Origin: Candidatus Bipolaricaulia bacterium
Lineage (GTDB): Bacteria; Bipolaricaulota; Bipolaricaulia; JBHIAT01
DNA: 25,032 nucleotides
NCBI GenBank assembly: GCA_046758705.1
Contig: JBHIAT010000037.1
Location: 1 to 25,032, forward strand
Direction: 5' to 3'
Part shown: one piece after another, positions 7,685-16,553 of the stretch
Position numbering within the stretch: position 1 is the first letter of the stretch
Layout: each line of letters opens with the position of its first letter
Program-made: the position numbers and the translations under genes
The notes under the pieces: model-generated
Told to the model about the DNA's origin: nothing
What the model saw: the letters and a program-made list of their open reading frames with translations, nothing else
The model's database searches: none

Positions 7685-9835
7685 TCAGAACAGAATATGA
7701 TGGATGATGAATGTGACGAACACCAACGACACCATCGACATCAGCTTGATCAGGATGTTCAACGATGGCCCGGCGGTATCCTTGAACGGATCGCCCACCG
7801 TATCCCCGACGACCGATGCCTTGTGAGCTTCTGATCCCTTGCCGCCAAGCCTTCCCTCTTCGATGCTCTTCTTGGCGTTGTCCCAGCTTCCACCGGCGTT
7901 GGCCATCAACACGGCGAGCACAAATCCTGACACCAGCGCCCCAACCAGGAGTCCCATCATCGCTTCGATCCCGAAGATCAAGCCGATGACGATCGGGCTG
8001 ATGATCGCCAACAGCGCGGGTGCGATCATCTCGTGGTGGGCGGTCCGAGTGCTGATGTTGACCGCCTGTTGGTAATCGGCGTTCGCCTTCCCCTCCATCA
8101 GTCCGTCGATCTCCCGGAACTGGCGGCGCACTTCCTCAACGATCTTTTCGGCCGCCCGGCCAACCGATTTCATCGTGAACGAGCTGAACAAAAACGGCAG
8201 CATCCCGCCGATGAACAGCCCGAGCAGCACGCGGGGCTCGGAGAGGTCGAACTGGAGGGTTGCTAGCTTCAGCACCCGATCGCCGAGGTAGGTGGTGATC
8301 GGCTCGGCCGAATTTTCCAGGGTCTGACGGATTGAGCTGTTGAAGTTGGTGATCAGTGCCAGTGAGGTCAGTGCCGCCGATCCGATAGCGAACCCCTTTC
8401 CGGTGGCGGCATTGGTGTTGCCCAGGGCGTCGAGGGCATCGGTGCGCTGGCGCACGATGTCTTCCTGTTGTGACATCTCGGCGATCCCGCCGGCGTTATC
8501 GGCAACCGGACCATAGGCATCGCTGGACAACGTGATACCCAGGGTGCTGAGCATTCCCACCGCCGCCACCCCGATCCCGTAGAGCCCCAGTTCTCCGCCG
8601 TCGGGGCCGGTCGACGAAGCAACCAGATAACTTCCGATGATCGCCAGCGCTATCGTAGTCACCGGGATGGCAGTGGACAACATCCCGGTCGACAACCCAT
8701 TGATGATTACCGTCGCCGGACCGGTCCGCGCGCTCTCTGAGACCCGTTGCGTCGGAAGATAGCTGTGGGAGGTGTAGTACTCGGTGAAGTAGCCGATGAT
8801 GATACCGGCGATCAGGCCGAACAACAGTGCGAGGAAGATCCCAATATAATCGAAGCCGAATAGTTGCCACACCGCCAAAAAGGCGCCGATCGCGACCAAG
8901 CCGGCGGCCACATACACTCCCCGTCTCAAGGCGCGCAGCAACGTCTTTTGAGTCGCTTCCTCACCGGCCCGCACGAAGAACGTACCCCCGATCGAGGCGA
9001 TGATCCCGATCGCTGCCAGGACGGTGGGGAACAACACCCCTGCGCTGAAAAATCCCTCCAGTTCCTGGGCCTGGAACGCGATCACTCCCAGAGCCATGGC
9101 GGCCACGATCGAGCCGACGTAAGACTCGTACAGATCCGCCCCCATCCCGGCGACGTCCCCGACGTTGTCCCCGACGTTGTCAGCGATGACTGCCGGGTTC
9201 CTCGGGTCATCTTCTGGGATCCCGGCCTCGACCTTCCCAGCCAGGTCGGCACCGACATCCGCCGCCTTGGTATAGATCCCGCCGCCCACCCGGGCGAACA
9301 GGGCTACGGAACTCGCTCCCATCGCCGATGTCAGCAGCACCTCGGTGATCGTCCTGGTCGGGACGTTGGCCGCATCCAGCGCCACGAACCAGACGATGAT
9401 ATAGAACAGACCCATCCCAACAACCGAAAATCCCATCACACTCCCGCTGTCAAATGCCAGTCGAAGCGCCTGGTTCAGACTCTCCTTCGCCGCGTACGTC
9501 GTTCGACCGTTGCTGAACGTGGCGATCCGCATCCCCACATACCCCGCCAGTCCCGAGAAGAATCCGGCGGTCAGAAATGCATAGGGAGCATAGACGCTTA
9601 GGAAGTCGGCGAACACCAGCCCGATCAACACGAGGAACATCGCCAACAGGAAGATACTGACGACCAGATACTGTCGGCTCAAGAACGACATAGCCCCGGC
9701 CCGGATGAACGAGGAGATCTCCGCAATTCGTGGCTCCCCTTCCTCAAACTGCTTCACCTTAATAACCAGATAGATGACATACAGGATCGTCAGGATCGAG
9801 ATCGATCCAGAGAAGTACGCAAGCTCTAACGTCAT
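7685..9835 (-). CDS. hppA: membrane-integral K+-dependent pyrophosphatase (Na+- or Na+/H+-translocating)
   Basis: [51 protein letters not shown] and [11 protein letters not shown] motifs. GNTNAA has Ala rather than Lys, the K+-dependent type. DLYESY glutamate placement is as in Na+-pumping enzymes. Confidence 0.96.
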   Translation of the reverse strand: MTLELAYFSGSISILTILYVIYLVIKVKQFEEGEPRIAEISSFIRAGAMSFLSRQYLVVSIFLLAMFLVLIGLVFADFLSVYAPYAFLTAGFFSGLAGYVGMRIATFSNGRTTYAAKESLNQALRLAFDSGSVMGFSVVGMGLFYIIVWFVALDAANVPTRTITEVLLTSAMGASSVALFARVGGGIYTKAADVGADLAGKVEAGIPEDDPRNPAVIADNVGDNVGDVAGMGADLYESYVGSIVAAMALGVIAFQAQELEGFFSAGVLFPTVLAAIGIIASIGGTFFVRAGEEATQKTLLRALRRGVYVAAGLVAIGAFLAVWQLFGFDYIGIFLALLFGLIAGIIIGYFTEYYTSHSYLPTQRVSESARTGPATVIINGLSTGMLSTAIPVTTIALAIIGSYLVASSTGPDGGELGLYGIGVAAVGMLSTLGITLSSDAYGPVADNAGGIAEMSQQEDIVRQRTDALDALGNTNAATGKGFAIGSAALTSLALITNFNSSIRQTLENSAEPITTYLGDRVLKLATLQFDLSEPRVLLGLFIGGMLPFLFSSFTMKSVGRAAEKIVEEVRRQFREIDGLMEGKANADYQQAVNISTRTAHHEMIAPALLAIISPIVIGLIFGIEAMMGLLVGALVSGFVLAVLMANAGGSWDNAKKSIEEGRLGGKGSEAHKASVVGDTVGDPFKDTAGPSLNILIKLMSMVSLVFVTFIIHHILF

Positions 9836-9864
9836 GAGTCGATAACCCTCCTTAACATTGGGGT

Positions 9865-9894
9865 ATTATAACAAACTGCCTCGCTCTCCTTCAA
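9865..9894 (-). promoter_or_regulatory. sigma70-type promoter for hppA
   Basis: Minus strand reads TTGAAG, 18 nt, TATAAT, with extended TGn. AAGGAGG SD follows. Confidence 0.7.
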
Positions 9895-9957
9895 TGCACG
9901 GTCAGCAGAAGGGAAGGAGATGAGATAAAGCTGGGAAGGGGCCAGAATGACCACTTC

Positions 9958-9986
9958 TTGACAAAGGGGCGATGAGATGGTACAAT
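9958..9986 (+). promoter_or_regulatory. near-consensus sigma70 promoter for the gltB leader and gltB
   Basis: TTGACA (9958-9963), 17 nt, TACAAT (9981-9986), with extended TGn. Confidence 0.8.
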
Positions 9987-10012
9987 GGCCAAAAATAGGA
10001 GGTCGATATCAT

Positions 10013-10174
10013 ATGATCATCCACAAAGATCGGCTGAGATATGGACATGTTCAACAGCGTCAGCCTGTTAATCCCTATCTTTCTTGTCCCCCCTGTTTAG
10101 CCATCCTATCGATGTGTAGGTCCCTGCCCGACAGGACGGCAGCGGGATCGCTGACGGGAAGGCGCTCCCGCTAG
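10013..10174 (+). CDS. putative leader peptide/uORF of gltB, 53 aa
   Basis: TAGGAGGT SD at 9996-10003, 9 nt before ATG 10013 and just after the predicted TSS. Peptide MIIHKDRLRYGHVQQRQPVNPY...RRSR. Confidence 0.45.
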   Translation: MIIHKDRLRYGHVQQRQPVNPYLSCPPCLAILSMCRSLPDRTAAGSLTGRRSR

Positions 10175-10261
10175 AGCGCCATCCCCAAACCGTCCTCATC
10201 TGACCCGTTTATCTCAGTTTGCGGTTATGAGTGGAAAGGAGAGAACAGTTAGGAGTAAGCT

Positions 10262-13200
10262 ATGATTGATTATAAACATACACTTTACGATCCCCGATTC
10301 GAACACGACGGGTGCGGCATCGGATTTGTTGCGGATCTCTCCGGTCGTCCCAGCCATGAGATCCTGGAGCAAGCGATCTGCGCTGTCGTCAACGTGACCC
10401 ACCGGGGAGCGATCGATGCGGATGCGGGGACCGGTGACGGCGCCGGCCTGCTCACCCAGATTCCCAAAAAGCTGTTCCTGAAACAGGTAGAGCAGCTCGG
10501 TCACCCCGCACCGGACGAGGCCGACCTCGCCGTCGGGACCTTTTTCCTACCTCAGGATGAGGAGATTCGTGAGCAGTGTCGATGGATCATTGAGACGGTG
10601 TTGTCCGACTACGGTGTGACCCTGTTCGGCTGGCGGGAGGTCCCCGTTGACCCGTCGGTCCTGGGAGAGAAGGCATCCGTTACGCAGCCGCGGATCGAGC
10701 AGCTCCTGGTGGGTCGACCGCAACGGATCTCCGCCGAGGCGTACGAGCGGACTCTGTACCTCACCCGCAAGCGGATCGAAGCTCGGGTCAGACGGGAGAT
10801 CCGATTCCGGGATTACGACCGCTTTTATATCCCGTCGTTCTCATCCCGCACCATTGTTTACAAGGGGCTGTTCGTCGCCCCGCAACTGGGTCGGTTCTAC
10901 CTCGATCTAAACAACCCGGAGTACCAAACGGCGCTGGCCGTCTTCCACCAGCGTTACAGCACCAACACGTTCCCGAGCTGGGAGCGGGCCCAACCGTTCC
11001 GGATGCTCTGCCACAACGGGGAGATCAACACGCTTCAGGGAAACGTCAACTGGATGGGAGCGCGTGAGGCAGAGCTCGCATCATCGATCTGGGGTGATGC
11101 CGTGCAGGAGCTGCGACCGATCATCGACCCTTCAGGGAGTGACTCAGCGATGCTCGACAACGTGCTCGAGCTGTTGGTTCTCTCCGGTCGGGATATCCGT
11201 CATGCACTGATGATGCTCATCCCCGAGGCATGGCAGTATATCGCGGAGATGGATCCGGCATGGAAGGCGTTCTACCAATATCACTCCTGTCTGATGGAGC
11301 CATGGGACGGGCCAGCGGCGGTGACGTTCACCGACGGACGGGTGGTCGGGACGACCCTGGATCGCAACGGTCTGCGGCCGGTCCGTTATGCGGTGACTCA
11401 GGATGGGTTTGTCATCTCGGCCTCTGAGGTCGGCGTCGTCGAACTGAATCCCAGCCGAGTGATTCGAAAAGAAAAACTCGGCCCCGGCCAGATGATCGCG
11501 GTCGACACCGCCGCCGGTGTTTTTTTAGAGAACGGCCAGATCAAGGAGACCTGCGCAACCAGCAGATCCTATAAGCAGTGGATCGAGCGAAACATGATCC
11601 ATCTGGAGCGGTCGAAATCGCCTCGGGTGACCAAGATCGATGTTGCGGAACTGGTTCGCCAGCAGACCACGTTCGGCTATACTGCTGAAGATCTGACCGT
11701 GATCCTCCGCCCGATGACCGCCACTGGGGCGGAGCCGGTGGGATCGATGGGGGACGATACCCCACAGGCAGTGCTTGCCGACAAACCCCGTCCGCTCTAC
11801 AACTACTTCAAACAACGGTTCGCTCAGGTTACCAACCCACCGATCGACCATCTGCGCGAGGAGTTGGTCATGTCGCTCCAGGTCTATCTCGGAGCCCGGA
11901 AGAGCATTCTGGAGGAGACTCCGACGCACGCCCGACTGCTCCAGCTCGACAGCCCAATCCTGATGGACGATGAGCTGGAGGCGATCCGAAAGCTCGACGA
12001 CCCCGGATTTTCTTCGATCACCCTGGACGCCCGTTTCCCGGTTGCCGAAGGTCCGGATGGGTTGGAGCGGGCGATCACCCGGTTGTGCGAGCAGGCCAGC
12101 CAGGCGATCGATGAGGGCAAGACGATTGTGATCCTGAGTGACCGCGGGATCGACGAGACGACGGCTCCGATCCCGATGCTGCTCGCTATCGGCACCGTCC
12201 ACCACTATCTGATCCGCTACAGAAAACGGATGCACGCCAGTCTGGTCGCTGAGACCGGCGAGGCCCGAGAGGTCCATCATTTCGCAACACTGATCGGCTA
12301 CGGCGCGAACGCGATCAACCCCTACCTCGCATTGGCCACCGCCTGCTATCTGGTCGAAAATGGCCGGGTGAAGGGGATGGAGCCAGAGGCAGCGATGATA
12401 AGCTACCGAAAAGCGGTGGAAAAGGGACTACTCAAAGTGATGTCGAAGATGGGGATCTCCCCGATCGCCAGCTATCACGGTGCCCAAATCTTTGAGGCCA
12501 TCGGGTTGAGTGAAGATCTGGTGGAGCGTTGTTTCACCGGAACCCCGTCTCGGATCGGGGGGATCGGGCTCAACACACTGGCAAACGATGTGCTAAGCTG
12601 GCATTGGAACGCATTCCCCAAGACTCGCGAGCGTGAGGACGGCCTATCGCTTCCGAGCGTCGGTTTCTACAAATTCAAGAAGGGCGGAGAGCACCACGCG
12701 GTCAGCCCCCAGGTCGTCACCATGCTCCATCAGGCGGTTCGAGATGGAGATCCCCATAACGGCGGCTACCCAAAGTACCAGAAGTACGCCGAACTCGTCA
12801 ACAGGCGTCATCCGATCGCGCTTCGCGATCTCCTCGACTTCGTCCCTGGCAAGCCAATCCCGATCGCTGAGGTCGAGCCGATCGAGGCGATCTTTCCACG
12901 GTTTTCGACGGCCGGGATGTCGCTTGGATCGCTCTCTGCACAGGTCCATGAGAACTTGGCGATCGCCATGAACCGGATCGGGGCGATGAGCAACACCGGC
13001 GAGGGCGGAGAGGCTGCCAACCGTTACCACCCTCGGGCGAACGGGGATAACCCCAACAGCCGGATCAAGCAAGTCGCCTCAGGACGGTTCGGGGTGACCA
13101 CCGCCTATCTCGCCTCAGCCGATGAGCTTCAGATTAAGATGGCTCAGGGATCTAAACCTGGGGAAGGTGGGCAGATCCCAGGACACAAGGTGAGCGCCGA

Positions 13201-14803
13201 GATCGCAGCCATCCGACACACCGTTCCCGGCATCGCGCTCATCTCCCCGCCGCCTCACCATGATATTTACAGCATCGAAGACCTGGCTCAGCTCATCTAC
13301 GACCTGAAGCAGTCGAACCCGAGGGCGAAGGTCTCGGTCAAGCTGGTCTCCGAGGCCGGTGTGGGGATCATCGCCGCCGGCGTGGCCAAAGGGTACGCCG
13401 ATGTAGTCCTGATCAGCGGCCACTCCGGTGGCACGGGTTCGAGCCCATTGAACTCGATCAAGAACGCCGGTGCACCCTGGGAACTGGGTCTGGCTGAGAC
13501 TCAGCAGACGCTGGTGTTGAACAATCTGAGAGGGCGGATTCGGGTGCGAACCGACGGCGGACTTCAGACCGGCCGAGATGTGGTGATCGCGGCGATGCTC
13601 GGTGCCGACGAATACTCGTTCGGGACGTCGGCGTTGGTCGCCTCCGGCTGTCTGATGGCCCGCGCCTGCCATGCCAATACCTGTCCGGTCGGGATCGCCA
13701 CCCAAGATGAAAAGCTCAGAGCCAAATTCCCAGGGACGCCGGAGATGGTGGTTCACTTCTTCACCTTCCTGGCGAACGAGGTTCGGGAGATCCTGGCTGA
13801 GCTTGGCTTCCGAAGCCTCGATGAGGTCATCGGGCGGACCGATCTGCTGCAGCAGGTGCCGACCGGCAACCCGAAGATCGACAGCCTCGATCTGAGCAAG
13901 CTCCTGGTTCGGATCGATGACGGGACCCGACCGCGACGCAATGTCCAGAGTCGCAACAACCGACCGAAGAAGGAGTCATTAGACGAACGCCTGATCCGGG
14001 ATGCAAATCGGGCTCTGGACGGAGACGGGGTCGTCACGCTTGCCTATCCGATCGACAACACCCAACGGACGGTGGGAGCGACACTGGCGTGGACCATTGC
14101 GAAACGCTACGGCGACGTCGGGCTGCCGGCGGGCACCATCGAGGTCACCTTCACCGGCAGCGCCGGCCAAAGCTTCGGCGCCTTCTGCATCAACGGATTG
14201 CGGTTTATCCTGATCGGAGAGGCGAACGATTACGTTGGGAAAGGGATGGCCGGCGGTGAGCTCGTGGTTAAGCCCCCGGAGGAGACCGCTTACGTCCCCC
14301 ACCGGAGTGCGATCATGGGGAACACGGTGATGTACGGGGCGACCGGCGGCAGCCTGCTTGCGGCCGGACGGGCCGGAGAGCGTTTTTGTATTCGCAACAG
14401 CGGCGGTCGGGCGGTGATCGAGGGGGTCGGCGACCACGGCTGTGAGTACATGACCGGCGGTGTGGCCGTGGTGCTCGGCGAGGTCGGCTACAACTTCGGC
14501 GCCGGGATGACCGGCGGCATCGTCTACGTCCTTGATGAGCACGAGACCTTCCCGCAACGCTATAATCCGGAGCTGATCCGTATTGACCGGATCGAAACTC
14601 AGGATGATGCCGAAGAACTTCACGCGCTGATCACCCACCACTGGCAGGCAACCGGCAGCGCGCTCGCTCGGGAGATCCTTGAGGATTGGGCCGATTATCT
14701 GCCGCTCTTTTGGCGGGTCGCTCCCAAGGCATCGGTGGCCGAGATCGAATCGACCAACGAGGGTGCACTACAGAGTGCAGTTGCTGGAGCGCGGACGCGG
14801 TAA
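10262..14803 (+). CDS. gltB: glutamate synthase large subunit
   Basis: EHDGCGIGF (Ntn Cys), HQRYSTNT, HNGEINT, IKQVASGRFGV, KMAQGSKPGEGGQ, 3Fe-4S motif CLMARACHANTC, and C-terminal GXGXG domain. Confidence 0.97.
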   Translation: MIDYKHTLYDPRFEHDGCGIGFVADLSGRPSHEILEQAICAVVNVTHRGAIDADAGTGDGAGLLTQIPKKLFLKQVEQLGHPAPDEADLAVGTFFLPQDEEIREQCRWIIETVLSDYGVTLFGWREVPVDPSVLGEKASVTQPRIEQLLVGRPQRISAEAYERTLYLTRKRIEARVRREIRFRDYDRFYIPSFSSRTIVYKGLFVAPQLGRFYLDLNNPEYQTALAVFHQRYSTNTFPSWERAQPFRMLCHNGEINTLQGNVNWMGAREAELASSIWGDAVQELRPIIDPSGSDSAMLDNVLELLVLSGRDIRHALMMLIPEAWQYIAEMDPAWKAFYQYHSCLMEPWDGPAAVTFTDGRVVGTTLDRNGLRPVRYAVTQDGFVISASEVGVVELNPSRVIRKEKLGPGQMIAVDTAAGVFLENGQIKETCATSRSYKQWIERNMIHLERSKSPRVTKIDVAELVRQQTTFGYTAEDLTVILRPMTATGAEPVGSMGDDTPQAVLADKPRPLYNYFKQRFAQVTNPPIDHLREELVMSLQVYLGARKSILEETPTHARLLQLDSPILMDDELEAIRKLDDPGFSSITLDARFPVAEGPDGLERAITRLCEQASQAIDEGKTIVILSDRGIDETTAPIPMLLAIGTVHHYLIRYRKRMHASLVAETGEAREVHHFATLIGYGANAINPYLALATACYLVENGRVKGMEPEAAMISYRKAVEKGLLKVMSKMGISPIASYHGAQIFEAIGLSEDLVERCFTGTPSRIGGIGLNTLANDVLSWHWNAFPKTREREDGLSLPSVGFYKFKKGGEHHAVSPQVVTMLHQAVRDGDPHNGGYPKYQKYAELVNRRHPIALRDLLDFVPGKPIPIAEVEPIEAIFPRFSTAGMSLGSLSAQVHENLAIAMNRIGAMSNTGEGGEAANRYHPRANGDNPNSRIKQVASGRFGVTTAYLASADELQIKMAQGSKPGEGGQIPGHKVSAEIAAIRHTVPGIALISPPPHHDIYSIEDLAQLIYDLKQSNPRAKVSVKLVSEAGVGIIAAGVAKGYADVVLISGHSGGTGSSPLNSIKNAGAPWELGLAETQQTLVLNNLRGRIRVRTDGGLQTGRDVVIAAMLGADEYSFGTSALVASGCLMARACHANTCPVGIATQDEKLRAKFPGTPEMVVHFFTFLANEVREILAELGFRSLDEVIGRTDLLQQVPTGNPKIDSLDLSKLLVRIDDGTRPRRNVQSRNNRPKKESLDERLIRDANRALDGDGVVTLAYPIDNTQRTVGATLAWTIAKRYGDVGLPAGTIEVTFTGSAGQSFGAFCINGLRFILIGEANDYVGKGMAGGELVVKPPEETAYVPHRSAIMGNTVMYGATGGSLLAAGRAGERFCIRNSGGRAVIEGVGDHGCEYMTGGVAVVLGEVGYNFGAGMTGGIVYVLDEHETFPQRYNPELIRIDRIETQDDAEELHALITHHWQATGSALAREILEDWADYLPLFWRVAPKASVAEIESTNEGALQSAVAGARTR

Positions 14804-14849
14804 GATAAGTCAAGATAATGTATCTATCGGCCAAGGACGGGACTTCTGA

Positions 14850-14877
14850 ATGTCAAATAATGAACTTTATTTGACAT
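14850..14877. repeat. dif-like 11-6-11 inverted repeat (candidate tyrosine-recombinase site)
   Basis: ATGTCAAATAA-TGAACT-TTATTTGACAT has perfect 11-bp arms, a 6-bp spacer and an ATAA/TTAT inner core. Right arm is 8/11 identical to the E. coli XerD arm TTATGTTAAAT. Confidence 0.55.
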
Positions 14878-14983
14878 AGCGGCGTTGCATTAAGCGAGAG
14901 AAAACACCGAAATCCCCTGCCTCACGCCACCTTATAAGGTTTAAGATGTGAGACCGAAAATGGACTATCGAGAGACCTCCAGA

Positions 14984-15391
14984 TTAGGCCTTCAAATTCC
15001 GTTCAGGCGGTCCGTCAGCCGAGGCGATGGCCTCAAAATGTCTATCTCCAAAATGCCAGATCTCGTAGGTGTGTACCTGAGCCGCGGCGGCAATGAGAAG
15101 ATCGATCGTGGGAACGCGTCGACCGGCACGGGTGAGCGCCCAACCGAGTTTCGCCGCCACGGCGGCTTCTTCCCAATCCAGGGGGAGGCAGGATAGGGCT
15201 TGAAGGTCATCTTGCAACACCTCATAGTCACTTTCCGTCTTGGCCCCACTGAGCAGTTCCACGACCACTGGAGCGATGACGGCAACCTCATGGAGCTTCA
15301 GGGCTTCGGCCACCGCCCGCTTTACCTTCTTTGATCCCTTCGGATGGTAGAACTCAATCCAGGCAGAGGTGTCTATGAGAACTTTGGCCAT
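14984..15391 (-). CDS. vapC: PIN-domain toxin, VapC family
   Basis: VLIDTSAWIE, VVVELLSG, IDLLIAAAA and DRHF acidic PIN motifs. Coupled to the antitoxin by a TGATG overlap. Confidence 0.9.
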   Translation of the reverse strand: MAKVLIDTSAWIEFYHPKGSKKVKRAVAEALKLHEVAVIAPVVVELLSGAKTESDYEVLQDDLQALSCLPLDWEEAAVAAKLGWALTRAGRRVPTIDLLIAAAAQVHTYEIWHFGDRHFEAIASADGPPERNLKA

Positions 15392-15597
15392 CAGTGCTTC
15401 TCCCGACGTCGATGAAGTTCCTCTTGGGTCAGCGTCAGCTCGATTGTACCGGCATGGGCAACGATCTCCCTCCGCCGGAAGCGGCTGACAAACTCTCGTA
15501 GCGCAATCTCAAGGGTCTCCTTCTTCGTTTTGGCCCCGCTCAGCTCCCGCGCTTTCGCCAACAACTGGTCATCGATCGTGACTGTCATCCGTGCCAT
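15391..15597 (-). CDS. vapB: type II antitoxin, VapB family (ribbon-helix-helix-like)
   Basis: RMTVTIDDQLL...SGAKTKKETLEIALREF; directly upstream of the PIN gene; GAGGTG SD. Confidence 0.88.
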   Translation of the reverse strand: MARMTVTIDDQLLAKARELSGAKTKKETLEIALREFVSRFRRREIVAHAGTIELTLTQEELHRRREKH

Positions 15598-15623
15598 CTG
15601 AATACACCTCTCTTAATGCCTTG

Positions 15624-15652
15624 ATGATACACCATCTCGATGCATTTGACAA
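15624..15652 (-). promoter_or_regulatory. sigma70-type promoter of vapBC
   Basis: Minus strand reads TTGTCA, 17 nt, TATCAT. Direct repeats ATACACC at 15602-15608 and 15627-15633 may be the autoregulatory operator. Confidence 0.65.
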
Positions 15653-15664
15653 GGTGCTCACCGA

Positions 15665-15712
15665 GGTCGACGCGTGGAAAGAAAATTATTTCACATTCAT
15701 CTCGCGTCGACC
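15665..15712. repeat. 10-bp inverted repeat overlapping a second, degenerate dif-like site
   Basis: GGTCGACGCG (15665-15674) and CGCGTCGACC (15703-15712) enclose a 28-nt AT-rich centre that contains TTATTTCACAT (15686-15696). Confidence 0.5.
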
Positions 15713-15919
15713 CCCAAATCCCAACCTGACTCACTGTAATCCCCATCCAATGCGTTTTACAGCGTTCGTTCTCTGAGAAGCTCTACAGTCGGCTAAAACC
15801 GGAGCCGGATTATGGAGGTTATATCTCGACCGAAAATCGCTCGTTAGAACGCCTCTCATTCGATTCCTAATCGGTAATGCCCTACTGTAAAGCATTCTAT
15901 AAAATCGGGTCCGGCGATG

Positions 15920-15949
15920 TTGAATCGGGAACCTGGCTCCTGATAAAAT
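15920..15949 (+). promoter_or_regulatory. sigma70-type promoter of hslVU
   Basis: TTGAAT, 18 nt, TAAAAT with extended TGn, ending 7 nt before the hslV ATG. Confidence 0.65.
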
Positions 15950-15956
15950 CAGATGT

Positions 15957-16523
15957 ATGAAACTATCGAAGAAATCCCCGATTCGAATTCACGGCACGAC
16001 GATCCTGGCGATGCGCGCACCCGAGGTGCAGGTTGCGGTCGTCGCCAGCGATGGCCAGACGACGCTGCAGAACACAATCGTCAAGAGCAAGACGAACAAG
16101 GTGCGCCGGATCTATGACGATCGGGTCCTGGTCGGCTTCGCTGGCGCGACCGCCGATGCGATCACCCTGTTCGAAAAATTCGAGGGGAAACTCCGCGAGC
16201 ATAACGGGCAGCTGCGACGGGCGGCGGTCGAGCTCACCAAAGCGTGGCGCACCGACCGGGTGCTACGCCGACTGGAGGCGCTGCTCGCCGCCGTCAACGA
16301 CGAAACACTGCTGCTCATCTCGGGATCGGGAGATGTCATGGAGCCGGACGATGAGATCATCGGACTCGGCTCCGGCGGCGCTTATGCGCTCGCCGCTGCC
16401 AAAGCGCTCCGAGAGGAGACCGATCTGCCGATCACCCAGATCGCGGAGAAGGCGCTGATGATCGCCGGGACGATCGATATCTACACCAACCAGGAACTCT
16501 CCATGGAGGTTTTGGAGTGGTAA
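15957..16523 (+). CDS. hslV: ATP-dependent protease HslVU, peptidase subunit
   Basis: HGTTIL (catalytic Thr after a short propeptide), [25 protein letters not shown] and DIYTN. Confidence 0.96.
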   Translation: MKLSKKSPIRIHGTTILAMRAPEVQVAVVASDGQTTLQNTIVKSKTNKVRRIYDDRVLVGFAGATADAITLFEKFEGKLREHNGQLRRAAVELTKAWRTDRVLRRLEALLAAVNDETLLLISGSGDVMEPDDEIIGLGSGGAYALAAAKALREETDLPITQIAEKALMIAGTIDIYTNQELSMEVLEW

Positions 16524-16553
16524 TAGTGGTACCTGAGGAGGTCGATAGTAAAA

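Noticed and set aside
10133-10196. Canonical glnA glutamine riboswitch
   Set aside because: A three-way junction is possible, but the conserved glnA-motif nucleotides were not found. Kept only as a novel candidate.
15713-15956. xerC/codV remnant upstream of hslV
   Set aside because: The plus-strand translations examined (15591..15776 ORF and the frame from 15781) show no tyrosine-recombinase C-terminal motifs.
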